Origin: an uncultured Planctomycetota bacterium
GTDB lineage: Bacteria; Planctomycetota; Phycisphaerae; Tepidisphaerales; Tepidisphaeraceae
DNA length: 64,000 bases
Direction: 5' to 3'
Assembly: GCA_963841915.1 (NCBI GenBank)
Contig: CAWJEN010000003.1
Span: 96,001-160,000, forward strand
Under the pieces are notes generated by a model that ran no database searches, was not told the DNA's origin, and saw nothing but the letters and a program-made list of their open reading frames with translations. The first letter of the stretch is position 1. Each line of letters opens with the position of its first letter. This document shows, piece after piece, positions 23,024 through 32,886 of the stretch. The position numbers and the translations under genes were made by a program.

Positions 23024-24373
23024 TTGGAGGACCTTCAACGCACCCAACGCAAGCAGCAGGAACGGGCAGTGCTCGTAGGTGTGATGCTGCCCGACTCGAA
23101 CGCCGATCCACGCAACCCGCTCGGCGAATTGGCGAGCCTGTGCAAGACGGCAGGCGCGACGCCTATCGCCGAAATCTTGCAAAATCGCCGCACCGTCGAC
23201 GCCGGCACCTACGTCGGTAGCGGTAAGGCACTGGAAATCGCCCAGGCATGCAAAGCGCATGATGCCGACTTCATCGCGTTCGACAACGAGCTGACGCCGA
23301 GCCAGATCGGACAGTTGGAGAAGATCATCAACGAGCATCTCGAGTCGCCTCGCGGGGCGGGCGTCAAGGTGCTCGATCGCAGCGAGATCATCCTCGACAT
23401 CTTCGCCAACCGTGCACAGACGCACGAGGCCAAGTTGCAGGTCGAGCTGGCGCAGATGGAATACACGTACCCGCGGCTCACGCGGATGTGGGGCCACCTC
23501 GAGCGAATCGCGGGCGGTGGCACCATCGGCGTCGGTACGCGCGGCCCTGGTGAAACGCAGCTCGAGATCGACCGACGACTTGTCCGCAAACGGATCAGCG
23601 AGTTGAAGTCTGGCATCGCAGAGGTGCAGGCCCGCAAAGCTCGCGAGGTGTCGAAGCGGAACGTGGGCCATTTCACCGTCTGTCTCGTCGGCTACACCAA
23701 TGCCGGTAAGAGCACGCTGTTCAACACGCTGACCGACGCCGGCACCTATGCCGACGACAAGCTGTTTGCGACGCTCGACACGCGAACGCGCTCGTGGAAC
23801 GTCGAGCGTGGTGCCGAAGCGATGTTGAGCGACACGGTTGGGTTCGTACGAGACCTGCCGCACGGCCTGGTAGCGAGCTTCAAGGCGACACTGGAAGAAG
23901 CCGTGCACGCAGACTTGCTTCTGCACGTGCTTGACGTCGGCCACCCGCGGGCCAGGCAGCAGTACGAAAGCGTGCGTGAGGTGCTCACCGAAATTGGTGC
24001 GGGTGACAATCCGGAGGTTTTGCTGCTGAACAAGGTCGACACACCCGAGGGCAAATACCAGATCGACGAATGGCTGGCGCTGCGGCCCGATGCCCTTGCC
24101 ATCAGCGCCAAAGACGGCACCGGCATCAAGCCCGTCGGTGCCCACGTGTTTGACATGATTCAGGGCACGCAGCGAAGGGTCACGCTCAAGCTCGATGTCC
24201 GCGACGGCAAGCGGCTGGCGTTCCTGGAGCGGTCGGCCCGCATCGAATCCCGCGAGTACGACGGCGAGGTGGTCGAAATCAAAGCGAGTGTCGGCCGGCG
24301 GGTGCTGGGTGATCTGCGACGAGACGATGGCGTGCAGATTGTCGATGTGTCGGATCTGCTCGGCGGCGAGTAG
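23024..24373 (+). CDS. hflX: GTPase HflX
   Basis: ILDIFA.RA.THEAKLQVELAQ, GPGETQLE.DRR, GYTNAGKS, LFATLD, DTVGF, NKVD; TTG start inferred (ORF track starts at 23003). Confidence 0.95.
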   Translation: MEDLQRTQRKQQERAVLVGVMLPDSNADPRNPLGELASLCKTAGATPIAEILQNRRTVDAGTYVGSGKALEIAQACKAHDADFIAFDNELTPSQIGQLEKIINEHLESPRGAGVKVLDRSEIILDIFANRAQTHEAKLQVELAQMEYTYPRLTRMWGHLERIAGGGTIGVGTRGPGETQLEIDRRLVRKRISELKSGIAEVQARKAREVSKRNVGHFTVCLVGYTNAGKSTLFNTLTDAGTYADDKLFATLDTRTRSWNVERGAEAMLSDTVGFVRDLPHGLVASFKATLEEAVHADLLLHVLDVGHPRARQQYESVREVLTEIGAGDNPEVLLLNKVDTPEGKYQIDEWLALRPDALAISAKDGTGIKPVGAHVFDMIQGTQRRVTLKLDVRDGKRLAFLERSARIESREYDGEVVEIKASVGRRVLGDLRRDDGVQIVDVSDLLGGE

Positions 24374-24398
24374 CTCGTCCCGTCGGCTAAGCTGCGGC

Positions 24399-25385
24399 GT
24401 GCAAGATGCCGCTTTCCCCGTTGCGAGGCTACGTCGTCTGCGACACTCGTCGCACGTTCGGCAGATGCTCCAGCGCGTCCGCCTGCGACCAAGTGACCTC
24501 ATCGTGCCCGTCTTCGTGCACGACGGCCAGACGGTCGAAGTCGCCAGCATGCCCGGCGTCTTTCGGCACAACATCGATGACGCCGCCGATTGGCTCGACA
24601 AGCTAGCGGTGCGGGGCGTGGGCGGTTTTCTCGTATTCGGCGTTCTTCCCGAAGCGGCAAAAGACGCGACCGGCACGCCCGGTGCGGACGGCGACAATGT
24701 CGTCTGCCGCCTCGTCCGAGAGATGAAGCGGCGAAGCAACCCGATGCTGGCAATCACCGATGTATGCCTCTGCGAATACACCGACCACGGCCATTGCGGC
24801 CCTTTAGCTGGTGAGACGGTCGACAACGACGCAGCCCTTCCGCTGCTCGCCGAGCAGGCAGTGAAGCACGCTGCCGCCGGTGCCGACTGGGTTGCGCCCT
24901 CGGCTGCGATGGACGGCATGGTGGCTGCCATACGCCTCGGTCTCGACGGGGCGGGACATACGCAGACGGCGATTCTGAGTTACAGCGTCAAGTACGCCGG
25001 CGCGTTCTACGGGCCTTTTCGCGACGCCGCGGCCAGTGCACCCAGCTTCGGCGATCGCCGGGCGTACCAGATGGACGCTTGGCGAGGCACGGACGAAGCC
25101 GTTCGCGAGGCACAGCAGGACGTGGCCGAGGGGGCTGACGTCGTGATGATCAAGCCCGCTGGGCCATACCTGGACGTCGTCGCCGCCGTTCGCGAGGCGG
25201 TGAACGTGCCGACGGCCGCGTATCAAACGAGCGGCGAATACGCCATGCACGTTGCAGGTGGTGAGATGGGTTGGATCGACACGGACGCCGTCGCTTTCGA
25301 AAGCGTTGCCGCCATCCGACGAGCGGGAGCTGATCTGGTGGTGACGTATCACGTCGAGCGGCTGTTGCGGCTGCTCGGAGTGTGA
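24399..25385 (+). CDS. hemB: porphobilinogen synthase (Zn-dependent)
   Basis: DVCLCEYTDHGHCG, APSAAMDG, SYSVKYAGAFYGPFRDA, MIKPA, AYQTSGEY. Confidence 0.95.
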   Translation: MQDAAFPVARLRRLRHSSHVRQMLQRVRLRPSDLIVPVFVHDGQTVEVASMPGVFRHNIDDAADWLDKLAVRGVGGFLVFGVLPEAAKDATGTPGADGDNVVCRLVREMKRRSNPMLAITDVCLCEYTDHGHCGPLAGETVDNDAALPLLAEQAVKHAAAGADWVAPSAAMDGMVAAIRLGLDGAGHTQTAILSYSVKYAGAFYGPFRDAAASAPSFGDRRAYQMDAWRGTDEAVREAQQDVAEGADVVMIKPAGPYLDVVAAVREAVNVPTAAYQTSGEYAMHVAGGEMGWIDTDAVAFESVAAIRRAGADLVVTYHVERLLRLLGV

Positions 25386-25630
25386 GGCGATGACAACGGT
25401 CAAAATTAGAAGAGCCCGAGAGCCGCGGTTTCACGGACCGCTGGTCTGACGATGCATGCAGCACCGCCATCGCGTCTTCCGCAGAAGGCGTGCTCTGCCC
25501 GGGGCTCGAGGAGATGGTGACGTCGCAGATCGTCAGACCGGCGACCCGTCGGTTCGCGGCTCGGGGACGTTGCACCCGCCCGTCTCGCTCGTTCTGATCC
25601 AACAGTGCCCCGTTAGCAACATGGTCGCAC

Positions 25631-26323
25631 TCAGTCTGCGTCCGGCGGCGTCGGAGCCTTCGACCCGCTGGCCATGAGGTCCCGAATCTCCGTCAGCAGC
25701 CGTTCTTCTGTTGACAGGGCGGGCGTTTGATCCGGACCCGGCTCGTCAGCCGCCTGCTCCTTCTCGCGATTGAGCTTGTTCATCACGCGGATGACCATGA
25801 AGATCGCGAACGCCTGGATGATGAATTTGATGACATCATTGAGAAACTTGCCGTACATGATACGGACGACCTTGTTTTCGCCCTCGCCGACGGTGCCGGT
25901 TTCGGGATCAGGCTCTGCCGTAGCGTCTGCCACTTCAGCGGCGGCTGACTCAACCGTATCTGCCGCTTGCTCGACCTGATCGGCGGCGGCTTCGACGTCC
26001 TCGGGCGTGTCGGCGGCAGCGGCAGCATCTGCAGCATCAGCGGCATCATCGCCCGCCGCGGCAGCGTCATCTCCGGCTCCGGCGACGTCCGTAGCAGTCT
26101 CCGCCACGTCGGCCGCCGCTGCTTCCAGCTTGCCGACCGGAATGTCGATCGACAACTCTTCGAACTCGACACCGCTCACGAGCCAGCCCAATGGCGGCAT
26201 CATGACGTTCGTCACGAACGATGACACCACCGCACCAAACGCAGCACCAATGATCACGCCCACGGCGAGATCGATGACGCTGCCCTTCATGGCAAACTCT
26301 TTGAACTCTTGCAGCAGTTTCAT
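25631..26323 (-). CDS. mscL: large-conductance mechanosensitive channel with a long acidic periplasmic insertion
   Basis: EFKEFAMKGSVIDLAVGVIIGAAF, YGKFLNDVIKF, LLTEIRDL. Confidence 0.92.
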   Translation of the reverse strand: MKLLQEFKEFAMKGSVIDLAVGVIIGAAFGAVVSSFVTNVMMPPLGWLVSGVEFEELSIDIPVGKLEAAAADVAETATDVAGAGDDAAAAGDDAADAADAAAAADTPEDVEAAADQVEQAADTVESAAAEVADATAEPDPETGTVGEGENKVVRIMYGKFLNDVIKFIIQAFAIFMVIRVMNKLNREKEQAADEPGPDQTPALSTEERLLTEIRDLMASGSKAPTPPDAD

Positions 26324-26371
26324 GCGTCGCATGATGCCGCTGCAGCTGCGTCGTCGCAACTTTTTGTGCCG

Positions 26372-28492
26372 CTAGTCGCCTTCGCCACTCATGAAGCCTT
26401 CGAGCTTGCGGCTGCGAACCGGGTGCTGGAGCTTGCGAATGGCCTTGGCTTCGACCTGGCGGACGCGTTCGCGCGTAACCTTGAAGATGCGGCCGACCTC
26501 TTCGAGCGTGTAGGTGTAGCCGTCACCGATCCCGTAGCGGAGTTTGATGATTTCTCGCTCGCGGTAGGTGAGCGTTTTGAGCACCTGCTCGATCTTTTCC
26601 TTGAGCATTTCCGTCGTAGCAGAGTCGACGGGGTTGTCTGCCTTCTCGTCCTCAATGAAGTCGCCGAAGTAGCTGTCTTCGCTTTCGCCGACGGGTCGAT
26701 CGAGGCTGATCGGGTGGCGGCTGATCTTCATGACCCGCCGCGTCTCGGCGACGGTCATCTCAGCGATCTCGGCGATCTCCTCCATCGTCGGCTCGCGGCC
26801 GTGCTCCTGCGTGAGGGTTTTCTGGATGTTCCGCAGGCGGGACATCGTTTCGATCATGTGAACCGGAATCCGGATCGTCCGGGCATGATCTGCGATAGCA
26901 CGCGTGATCGCCTGGCGAATCCACCACGTCGCGTAGGTGCTGAACTTGAAGCCGCGGCGATACTCGTACTTGTCGACTGCACGCATCAGGCCGGTGTTGC
27001 CTTCCTGGATGATGTCCAGGAACGACAGGCCGCGATTGCGATACTTTTTGGCGATCGAGACGACGAGCCGCAGGTTGCCGCCGGAGAGCTTTCGCTTGGC
27101 CTCTTCGTAACGGTAGTGAATCTTGCGGATGGCCGTCAGCCGATCCCGCAGGTCGCTGCTGGGCTCGAGAACAAGGTCTTCAAGGCCTTCGAGCTCTTGT
27201 CGACAGACATCGAGGTCGTCGGCGGTAACTTGTTTGCCGTTGGCTCCGGCACCGACGTGCTCGTCAAGCTCACTCATCTTGCCGCTGATGCTGGCGAGCT
27301 TCTTCATGAGCGGGGCGATACGGCTGGTCCGCAGCGTCGCCTCTTCGATGAGCCGAACACCGCGACGCCGTCGACGACGCAGCCGCTGTTCGACGACTTC
27401 GCGGTCCTTCTTCGTCTTAGTCTCCCGCAACGCGTGCCAGTCCTCGCGGTTCCGCTCGAGCATCCGGCGGACGCTGTCGAGGTGGACCGGAATCCGCTCC
27501 TGCACCGTCTGTTTGCTGGCCATGTCCTCGGCCGTGCTGATCTTCATTGTCCGGTCGAAGGGCAGTTGTCCCTCGCGGACCTGTTCGAGCATCTCGCACG
27601 CCTGCTGCTGGCAGTAGTCGCTTTCGAGCACGCGGCTGCGGAAGATCTTGCGCGTGATCTCGATCTTCTTGGCGAGACTGATCTCCTGCTCCCGCGTCAA
27701 GAGCGGAATCTCGCCCATCTGCGTCAGGTACATCCGCACCGGATCATCAATCCGCTTGCTCGACACCTCTGCGTAGTCCCGCTCCATCTGAGCGACGTCA
27801 ATCTCGCCCTCGAGGTCGCCCGCGTCCTCGAGGTCGCCTGCGTCGACAGCCTCAACGCGATCTTCGACATCGACATCGTCGTCGTTCCGCGGGCGGCCGT
27901 CGTCGTCTTCGAGGTCGCCGCGGCGGCGGTTGTCGCTGAGCACCTTCTTGATGAAGTCGTTCTTGCTCTTCTCCTGCTGCGTTCGTTCGGTCTGCGTGAC
28001 ATTGTCCTTCCCAACCGGCTCGGCTACGTCGGCGGCGATGCCGACCCGCGTCCCGGGCAGCGGAACAATCCTGACCGGCGCGGCGTGACGACGCTTACGG
28101 CTCTTGGGCCTGTTGCTCTCGAACCGCTCGACGTCCGCATCGTCGATAAGGGCGATGCCCATTTCGTCGAGGCTCATCAGGAGCATCTCGAGGCGGTCCG
28201 GGCTGACCACTTCGTCGGGCAGCTTGGCGTTGAGCTCATCGAAGGTGACGTACCCGCGATCGGTGCCGAGGTCGACGAGCAGGTCGACGCGTCGCTGGAC
28301 TTCCTCTGCGCTACCGGCACCTAGAAGCGGGTCGGTCGGCGGGCGGGGACCCGAACCGACGGGGCCGAGATCTTTGTTGGCTTCTACATCTTTGGCACGA
28401 TCAGTTGCGTCCGGCTGGGCTCGCTCCGTAGCGGCCTTGGCCGTGTCGGGAGAGGCGGGTTTAAAGTTGGCGTCGCTGCTGTTGGAACTCAT
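26372..28492 (-). CDS. rpoD: primary sigma factor sigma-70
   Basis: Region 1.1, DDPVRMYL, NLRLVVSIAKKY, FSTYATWWIRQAITR, TLEEVGRIFKVTRERVRQVEAKA. Confidence 0.96.
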   Translation of the reverse strand: MSSNSSDANFKPASPDTAKAATERAQPDATDRAKDVEANKDLGPVGSGPRPPTDPLLGAGSAEEVQRRVDLLVDLGTDRGYVTFDELNAKLPDEVVSPDRLEMLLMSLDEMGIALIDDADVERFESNRPKSRKRRHAAPVRIVPLPGTRVGIAADVAEPVGKDNVTQTERTQQEKSKNDFIKKVLSDNRRRGDLEDDDGRPRNDDDVDVEDRVEAVDAGDLEDAGDLEGEIDVAQMERDYAEVSSKRIDDPVRMYLTQMGEIPLLTREQEISLAKKIEITRKIFRSRVLESDYCQQQACEMLEQVREGQLPFDRTMKISTAEDMASKQTVQERIPVHLDSVRRMLERNREDWHALRETKTKKDREVVEQRLRRRRRRGVRLIEEATLRTSRIAPLMKKLASISGKMSELDEHVGAGANGKQVTADDLDVCRQELEGLEDLVLEPSSDLRDRLTAIRKIHYRYEEAKRKLSGGNLRLVVSIAKKYRNRGLSFLDIIQEGNTGLMRAVDKYEYRRGFKFSTYATWWIRQAITRAIADHARTIRIPVHMIETMSRLRNIQKTLTQEHGREPTMEEIAEIAEMTVAETRRVMKISRHPISLDRPVGESEDSYFGDFIEDEKADNPVDSATTEMLKEKIEQVLKTLTYREREIIKLRYGIGDGYTYTLEEVGRIFKVTRERVRQVEAKAIRKLQHPVRSRKLEGFMSGEGD

Positions 28493-28698
28493 GGGTGTCG
28501 TCGATGCCTTGGGAGGTTTCGGGTTCGCTTCTGGAACATGCGCCGTAGAACGGTCGCGTCAACCTGAGCCGGTCCGTCGGCACGATTCGCCACCGGAAGC
28601 TGTTCCGGTTAGCACGGCTGTGCGACCGCGGGCGGTCGGGCAAGGCCGTCACGACGCGTCGCAAGTCTATGCGACGGCCGCCGGCGTTGTGTCGCGGG

Positions 28699-30642
28699 TC
28701 AAGCGTCGGTCTTTGCCGACCCACGACCGCGACCAAGAGCGTGCAGCTTTTCTTGAAGCCGTCGCAACAGTTCGTTTTCGTCGTGAGCGTCGCCGTCGCC
28801 CGATGGCAGTTCGCCAGGTTCGGAAGCGTTACGACGGACATCCCCCAACAGTTCTCGGAGCCCCGCGTCATCTCGCAGACGCAGCAGGCCTCGAACGGCA
28901 TCGGCGGCGACGTTGTCAGCCTCTCCGAAGGTTTCAGCTGCCTCGTGGTACTCTATGCACGCCGATACCGCCGCCGCAGCCGAAGACTCGCCTCCACCCG
29001 GCGCCGATAAGCCCGCCTCTCTGACCACGTCAAGCCACTCGTTGAACTCCGGCTCGCCCTCGTTGCGTACGTGATCCCAGAACAACGTCGCCAGCCAACG
29101 CTGGCGTCGGTCGCTAAGATCTTCAGGGCCGACCCGCGTCTGCACGTCGTGCCACAGCGTCGGCTTGCGGAACAAGCTGCCAAGCAGCAGCCGGCCTACC
29201 CGCGTCACGCCGTCGACTGATTCCGTGACGATGTCAAGACGTCTGGCTTCGGAATACTCAGGCTCGCCGCGCTTACGCCAACGCTTTTCCTGTCGTCGTT
29301 GCGGCTGTTGCTGTCGCGGCGGATCGAAGCGGCGACGCAGCTCGTCGGTGCTCAACCCCGTCAACCTGCCGACCCGAACGAGTACGGCACCCCAGCGATT
29401 CTGATCGAGCGAACCGCCCACCGTCGCCCGGGCGTCGGCAAGCGTCGTCAGGTAGTTCTCCACCGCGTTTTGCCGGGCCGTTACGCTCGGCTGCTCGCCG
29501 AGATTGCGGGTCAGGCGTCGCCACTGGTACGTCAAAGCATCGGCAGCCCCACGCACGCGCTCGTTGAAGGCGTCGACACCCTCTGACTGCAGAAAGTCGT
29601 CCGGATCGGTGCCGGCAGGCAGCTCGGCGACGGCGACCTCAACAGGCTCGCGCAAGAACAGCTCGACGCTCCTGCGGGTGGCTGTCTCGCCGGCGGCGTC
29701 GGCGTCGAAGAGCAGCACCACACGGTCGGCTAATCGCCTCAGCGTCGCAGCGTGCCGTTCTGTGAGCGATGTACCGAGTACCGCCACGCCGTTGGTGACG
29801 CCGAACTGTCGAGCCATCGCCGCGTCGGCGTAGCCCTCGAACACCACCGCCGTCCGACTTCTGGCGATGTCGCTCTTGGCCAGATCGAGGCCGAACAGTG
29901 TGGCCGATTTGTCGAACAGCGGCGTTTCCGGCGAGTTAAGGTACTTCGCAGGTGAATCATCGCCCGGCAGGATTCTGCCGCCGAACGCGATCGGGCGGCC
30001 TTGCTCGTCGCGGATGGGAAAGATCACGCGGTCGCGGAACGTATCGTAAATGCCACGGTCGCCTTGCTTGAGCAGGCCGGCCTCGAGCAGAACGTCTTCG
30101 CCGAACTTGCCGGCGATGCCCGCGTCACCCAGGCCGTTCCAGCCGGGCGGGGCGAATCCGACGCCGAACGCCTGCAGCGTCTCATTGTTGAAGCCGCGGC
30201 AGTGCAGATACGCGAGTGCTTTGCTGCCGACGTCACTCAGGAGCGTTCTACGGAAGAAGTCGGCTGCGGTGCTGCAAGCCTCTCGCAATCGTGTCAGCCG
30301 ATCAACCGTCTCGCGGTCCGGCCCGTTCAGCTTCGGCAGCTCGACACCCGCCCAGTCGGCCAGGAGGTGCAGGGCAGTTTTGAAGTCGCTGTGGTCGCGC
30401 TCGATGACGAAGTCGATCGCGTTGCCACCCTTCTTGCAGCCGAAGCAGTAGAAGAATTTCTTCACCGGATCGACGCCGAACGACGGCGTCTTTTCGCTGT
30501 GGAACGGGCAGCAACCGACGAACCTGCGGCCGGCCTTCTTCAGCGGCACCGTTTCGCCGACAAGGGCGACAATGTCGACTGCATCAAGCACGAGCGCCTT
30601 GCCGTCGACGCCGGTGGAGAATGAACGGGAACCGCCTGCCAT
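28699..30642 (-). CDS. dnaG: DNA primase
   Basis: CPFHSEKTPSF..CFGC zinc finger, FRDRVIFPI, KYLNSPET, EGYAD, FDADAAG, DPDD. Confidence 0.96.
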   Translation of the reverse strand: MAGGSRSFSTGVDGKALVLDAVDIVALVGETVPLKKAGRRFVGCCPFHSEKTPSFGVDPVKKFFYCFGCKKGGNAIDFVIERDHSDFKTALHLLADWAGVELPKLNGPDRETVDRLTRLREACSTAADFFRRTLLSDVGSKALAYLHCRGFNNETLQAFGVGFAPPGWNGLGDAGIAGKFGEDVLLEAGLLKQGDRGIYDTFRDRVIFPIRDEQGRPIAFGGRILPGDDSPAKYLNSPETPLFDKSATLFGLDLAKSDIARSRTAVVFEGYADAAMARQFGVTNGVAVLGTSLTERHAATLRRLADRVVLLFDADAAGETATRRSVELFLREPVEVAVAELPAGTDPDDFLQSEGVDAFNERVRGAADALTYQWRRLTRNLGEQPSVTARQNAVENYLTTLADARATVGGSLDQNRWGAVLVRVGRLTGLSTDELRRRFDPPRQQQPQRRQEKRWRKRGEPEYSEARRLDIVTESVDGVTRVGRLLLGSLFRKPTLWHDVQTRVGPEDLSDRRQRWLATLFWDHVRNEGEPEFNEWLDVVREAGLSAPGGGESSAAAAVSACIEYHEAAETFGEADNVAADAVRGLLRLRDDAGLRELLGDVRRNASEPGELPSGDGDAHDENELLRRLQEKLHALGRGRGSAKTDA

Positions 30643-30704
30643 AGACAACCAACCTTAGCCGTTGGGCAAGGCCACTGAGTTGGCTTTGCCGTGTAGCCCA
30701 AGAC

Positions 30705-31196
30705 TTAAACCCCACGCCGGCACAGCAGCTTGCGGAGCTGCTGATGCCGGTACTCGAACATCTTCTTGAGCTGCGGCTTGACGATCAGCTTGTCCCCGAT
30801 GAGCCCGAGCGGACCCAAAGGCACCTCGTACCGCACATCGTCGATCGCCCACACCTTCGTCCTGCCGCCGTCGACGACTTCTTCAAAGCGATGGGTGTGG
30901 ACCCACGATTTGAATGGGCTCTTCCTGGCTTCGTCAACAAAGTACGCCACGCGATGCGGTCGCGATCCGACGGGCGGCTGAAACTGCGTGTAGACAGCGA
31001 CCCACTTCTGACGGCCGATCGGCGTCTTGGCACGGATGATGACCTCGGCCCCGACGGCTGCGGGGTCGGCCTTCGTGATCTGCACGTCCGCCTCCGGCGG
31101 CGACAGGGCGACGAGGCCTTGCTCGGTATCCTCGTGGAACGCCCAGACGGCTTCGAGCGGGGCATCAAGTAGCGACTTCTTGTACATCCGTGGCAT
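30705..31196 (-). CDS. SRPBCC (START/cyclase-like) family protein
   Basis: 'APLEAVWAFH', 'FVDE...SPF..W.H.H.F', 'D.V.Y..P.G.LG', 'MFEYRH'. Confidence 0.85.
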   Translation of the reverse strand: MPRMYKKSLLDAPLEAVWAFHEDTEQGLVALSPPEADVQITKADPAAVGAEVIIRAKTPIGRQKWVAVYTQFQPPVGSRPHRVAYFVDEARKSPFKSWVHTHRFEEVVDGGRTKVWAIDDVRYEVPLGPLGLIGDKLIVKPQLKKMFEYRHQQLRKLLCRRGV

Positions 31197-31203
31197 GAAC
31201 GCC

Positions 31204-31213
31204 AGCGTACGGT
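31204..31213. promoter_or_regulatory. overlapping back-to-back -10 hexamers (putative bidirectional leaderless promoter)
   Basis: AGCGTACGGT reads TACGGT on + (7 nt before GTG 31221) and TACGCT on - (7 nt before ATG 31196). Confidence 0.55.
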
Positions 31214-31220
31214 TGCCGCG

Positions 31221-31514
31221 GTGGAGCCGTCGGTAAAGCTTGTCTGTCGGACCTGCGGTTACGACATCCGCGGTCTGCCGACGTTGCGTTGCCCCGAATG
31301 CGGCAGCGACCTTCGGGATGGCAACGCCGTACGGCAGACTCACAGGCCGACGGCACTACGTGATCAGATCGTCTTCCTCGCGGCGATGGCCGTGCTCGCA
31401 ACGTTGCTCGTGGCGTCAATCGACCGCCTCGATCTGAACGCGTTGATCGGCATCGGCATAGCGGTGTTCGCGTTGACGCTGTTTGGCCTCCTGCTGCTCC
31501 GCCTCGAGCGTTAG
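31221..31514 (+). CDS. small zinc-ribbon membrane protein
   Basis: CRTCGYDIRGLPTLRCPECG followed by two TM helices. Confidence 0.8.
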   Translation: MEPSVKLVCRTCGYDIRGLPTLRCPECGSDLRDGNAVRQTHRPTALRDQIVFLAAMAVLATLLVASIDRLDLNALIGIGIAVFALTLFGLLLLRLER

Positions 31515-31548
31515 CGCAAATCAAAACGATGACGCGGTAGGCTGTCGC

Positions 31549-32886
31549 ATGACCCGCGCCTTCCTCCTTGCGTTGCTATGCCTTGCAGTTCCTGTCGCAG
31601 CTCAGATGCCGAGCGATCGCGGCAGCGTGATCTTCATTCACCCCGACGGTGCAGGCGGCGGCACCTGGGCTGCGACGCGGGCGCTGTACGTCGGTCCTGA
31701 CGAGGACCTTCACTGGGATCTGCTGCCTTTCGTCGCTGTCTATCGCGGGCACTCGCTTAACTCGCTGACGCCATCGAGCAACGCGGGTGCGACCATGCAC
31801 GCGTACGGCGTTAAGACTGAAAAGAGCGCCTTCGGCCGGACCAAGTCTGGGCCCGATGGCGTCGAGCCGACTGACGCCGAGGGCAAATCGCTCAGCGTCG
31901 CAAAGCAGGCGATCGCCGCCGGTGTGCCGACAGGCATTGTGCAGAGCGGCGACGTTGTCGAGCCCGGCACCGCCGTCTTCCTGGCAGATGCTAACGAACG
32001 CAAGGATCACGAGGAGATCGTCGCAAAGCTTGTCGAGAGTGGGGCGACGGTGATGCTGGGAGGCGGAGAGGCCTGGTTCCTGCCCGAGGGAACGCGTGGC
32101 CAGCACGGCGAAGGCAAGCGGACCGACGGCCGCAACCTTGTCGAAGAAGCACGCGAGGCCGGCTACACCGTCGTCCTTACCCGTGAGGAGCTCATGTCGC
32201 TCCCGGCGGAGACGGAGAAAGTCATCGGAATCTTCGCTTCGTACAGCACCTTCAATGACAAGCCGGAAGAAATCTTAAGCGAGCGCGGCTGGCCCAACTT
32301 TGCCGTCGAAGCACCGACCATCGCCGAGATGACGGAGGTCGCCCTGCGCATCCTCGGCCGCGACGGCCGACAGTTCTTGCTCGTCGTCGAAGAAGAAGGC
32401 ACGGACAACTTCGCCAACAACAACAACGCAAGCGGCACACTCGAATCAGCTAAGCGGGCCGACGACGCCATCGGCGTTGCTCGACGCTTCCTTGTCGATC
32501 ATCCCCAGACGCTGCTGGTCACAACGGCCGACAGCGACGCCGGCGGCATGCACATGAGCGGCGATCCGATCGGTGACGACTGGCAACCCGGCGGTCTTGC
32601 GCCGGAGACGAGCGTCAACGGCTCACCGATCGACGGCGTGAGTGGCACAGGAACGCCGCTGTTCCTCGCAGCACCTGACGCGCAAGGCAGACGTCTGCCG
32701 TTCTACATCACATGGGCCACCGGCAATGACGTCAGCGGTGGTGTGCTGGTCCGGGCGGACGGCTATAACGCCCACCTCGTCCGCGGCTCGATGCAGAACA
32801 CAGACATCGCCAAGCTCATCCGCCGCACGCTCTTTGCCGGCGGCACGCCAAAGCCGTCGGATGGTCACACATCAGCGGACAAGTAA
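31549..32886 (+). CDS. alkaline phosphatase (PhoA family)
   Basis: Signal peptide; VIFIHPDG, SSNAGAT (Ser nucleophile region), LGGG, P..AEMT..AL..L, F.LVVEE..D, TLLVTTAD. Confidence 0.85.
   Translation: MTRAFLLALLCLAVPVAAQMPSDRGSVIFIHPDGAGGGTWAATRALYVGPDEDLHWDLLPFVAVYRGHSLNSLTPSSNAGATMHAYGVKTEKSAFGRTKSGPDGVEPTDAEGKSLSVAKQAIAAGVPTGIVQSGDVVEPGTAVFLADANERKDHEEIVAKLVESGATVMLGGGEAWFLPEGTRGQHGEGKRTDGRNLVEEAREAGYTVVLTREELMSLPAETEKVIGIFASYSTFNDKPEEILSERGWPNFAVEAPTIAEMTEVALRILGRDGRQFLLVVEEEGTDNFANNNNASGTLESAKRADDAIGVARRFLVDHPQTLLVTTADSDAGGMHMSGDPIGDDWQPGGLAPETSVNGSPIDGVSGTGTPLFLAAPDAQGRRLPFYITWATGNDVSGGVLVRADGYNAHLVRGSMQNTDIAKLIRRTLFAGGTPKPSDGHTSADK

Noticed and set aside
22958..24931. 657-aa minus-strand ORF across hflX and hemB
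   Set aside because: Antisense to two well-supported genes
25386..25630. Small gene or RNA between hemB and mscL
   Set aside because: Candidate ORFs are Arg/Pro-rich and look non-coding; no convincing structure seen
26309..28324. 671-aa ORF antisense to rpoD
   Set aside because: Codon-aligned antisense shadow of a conserved gene; no independent coding signal
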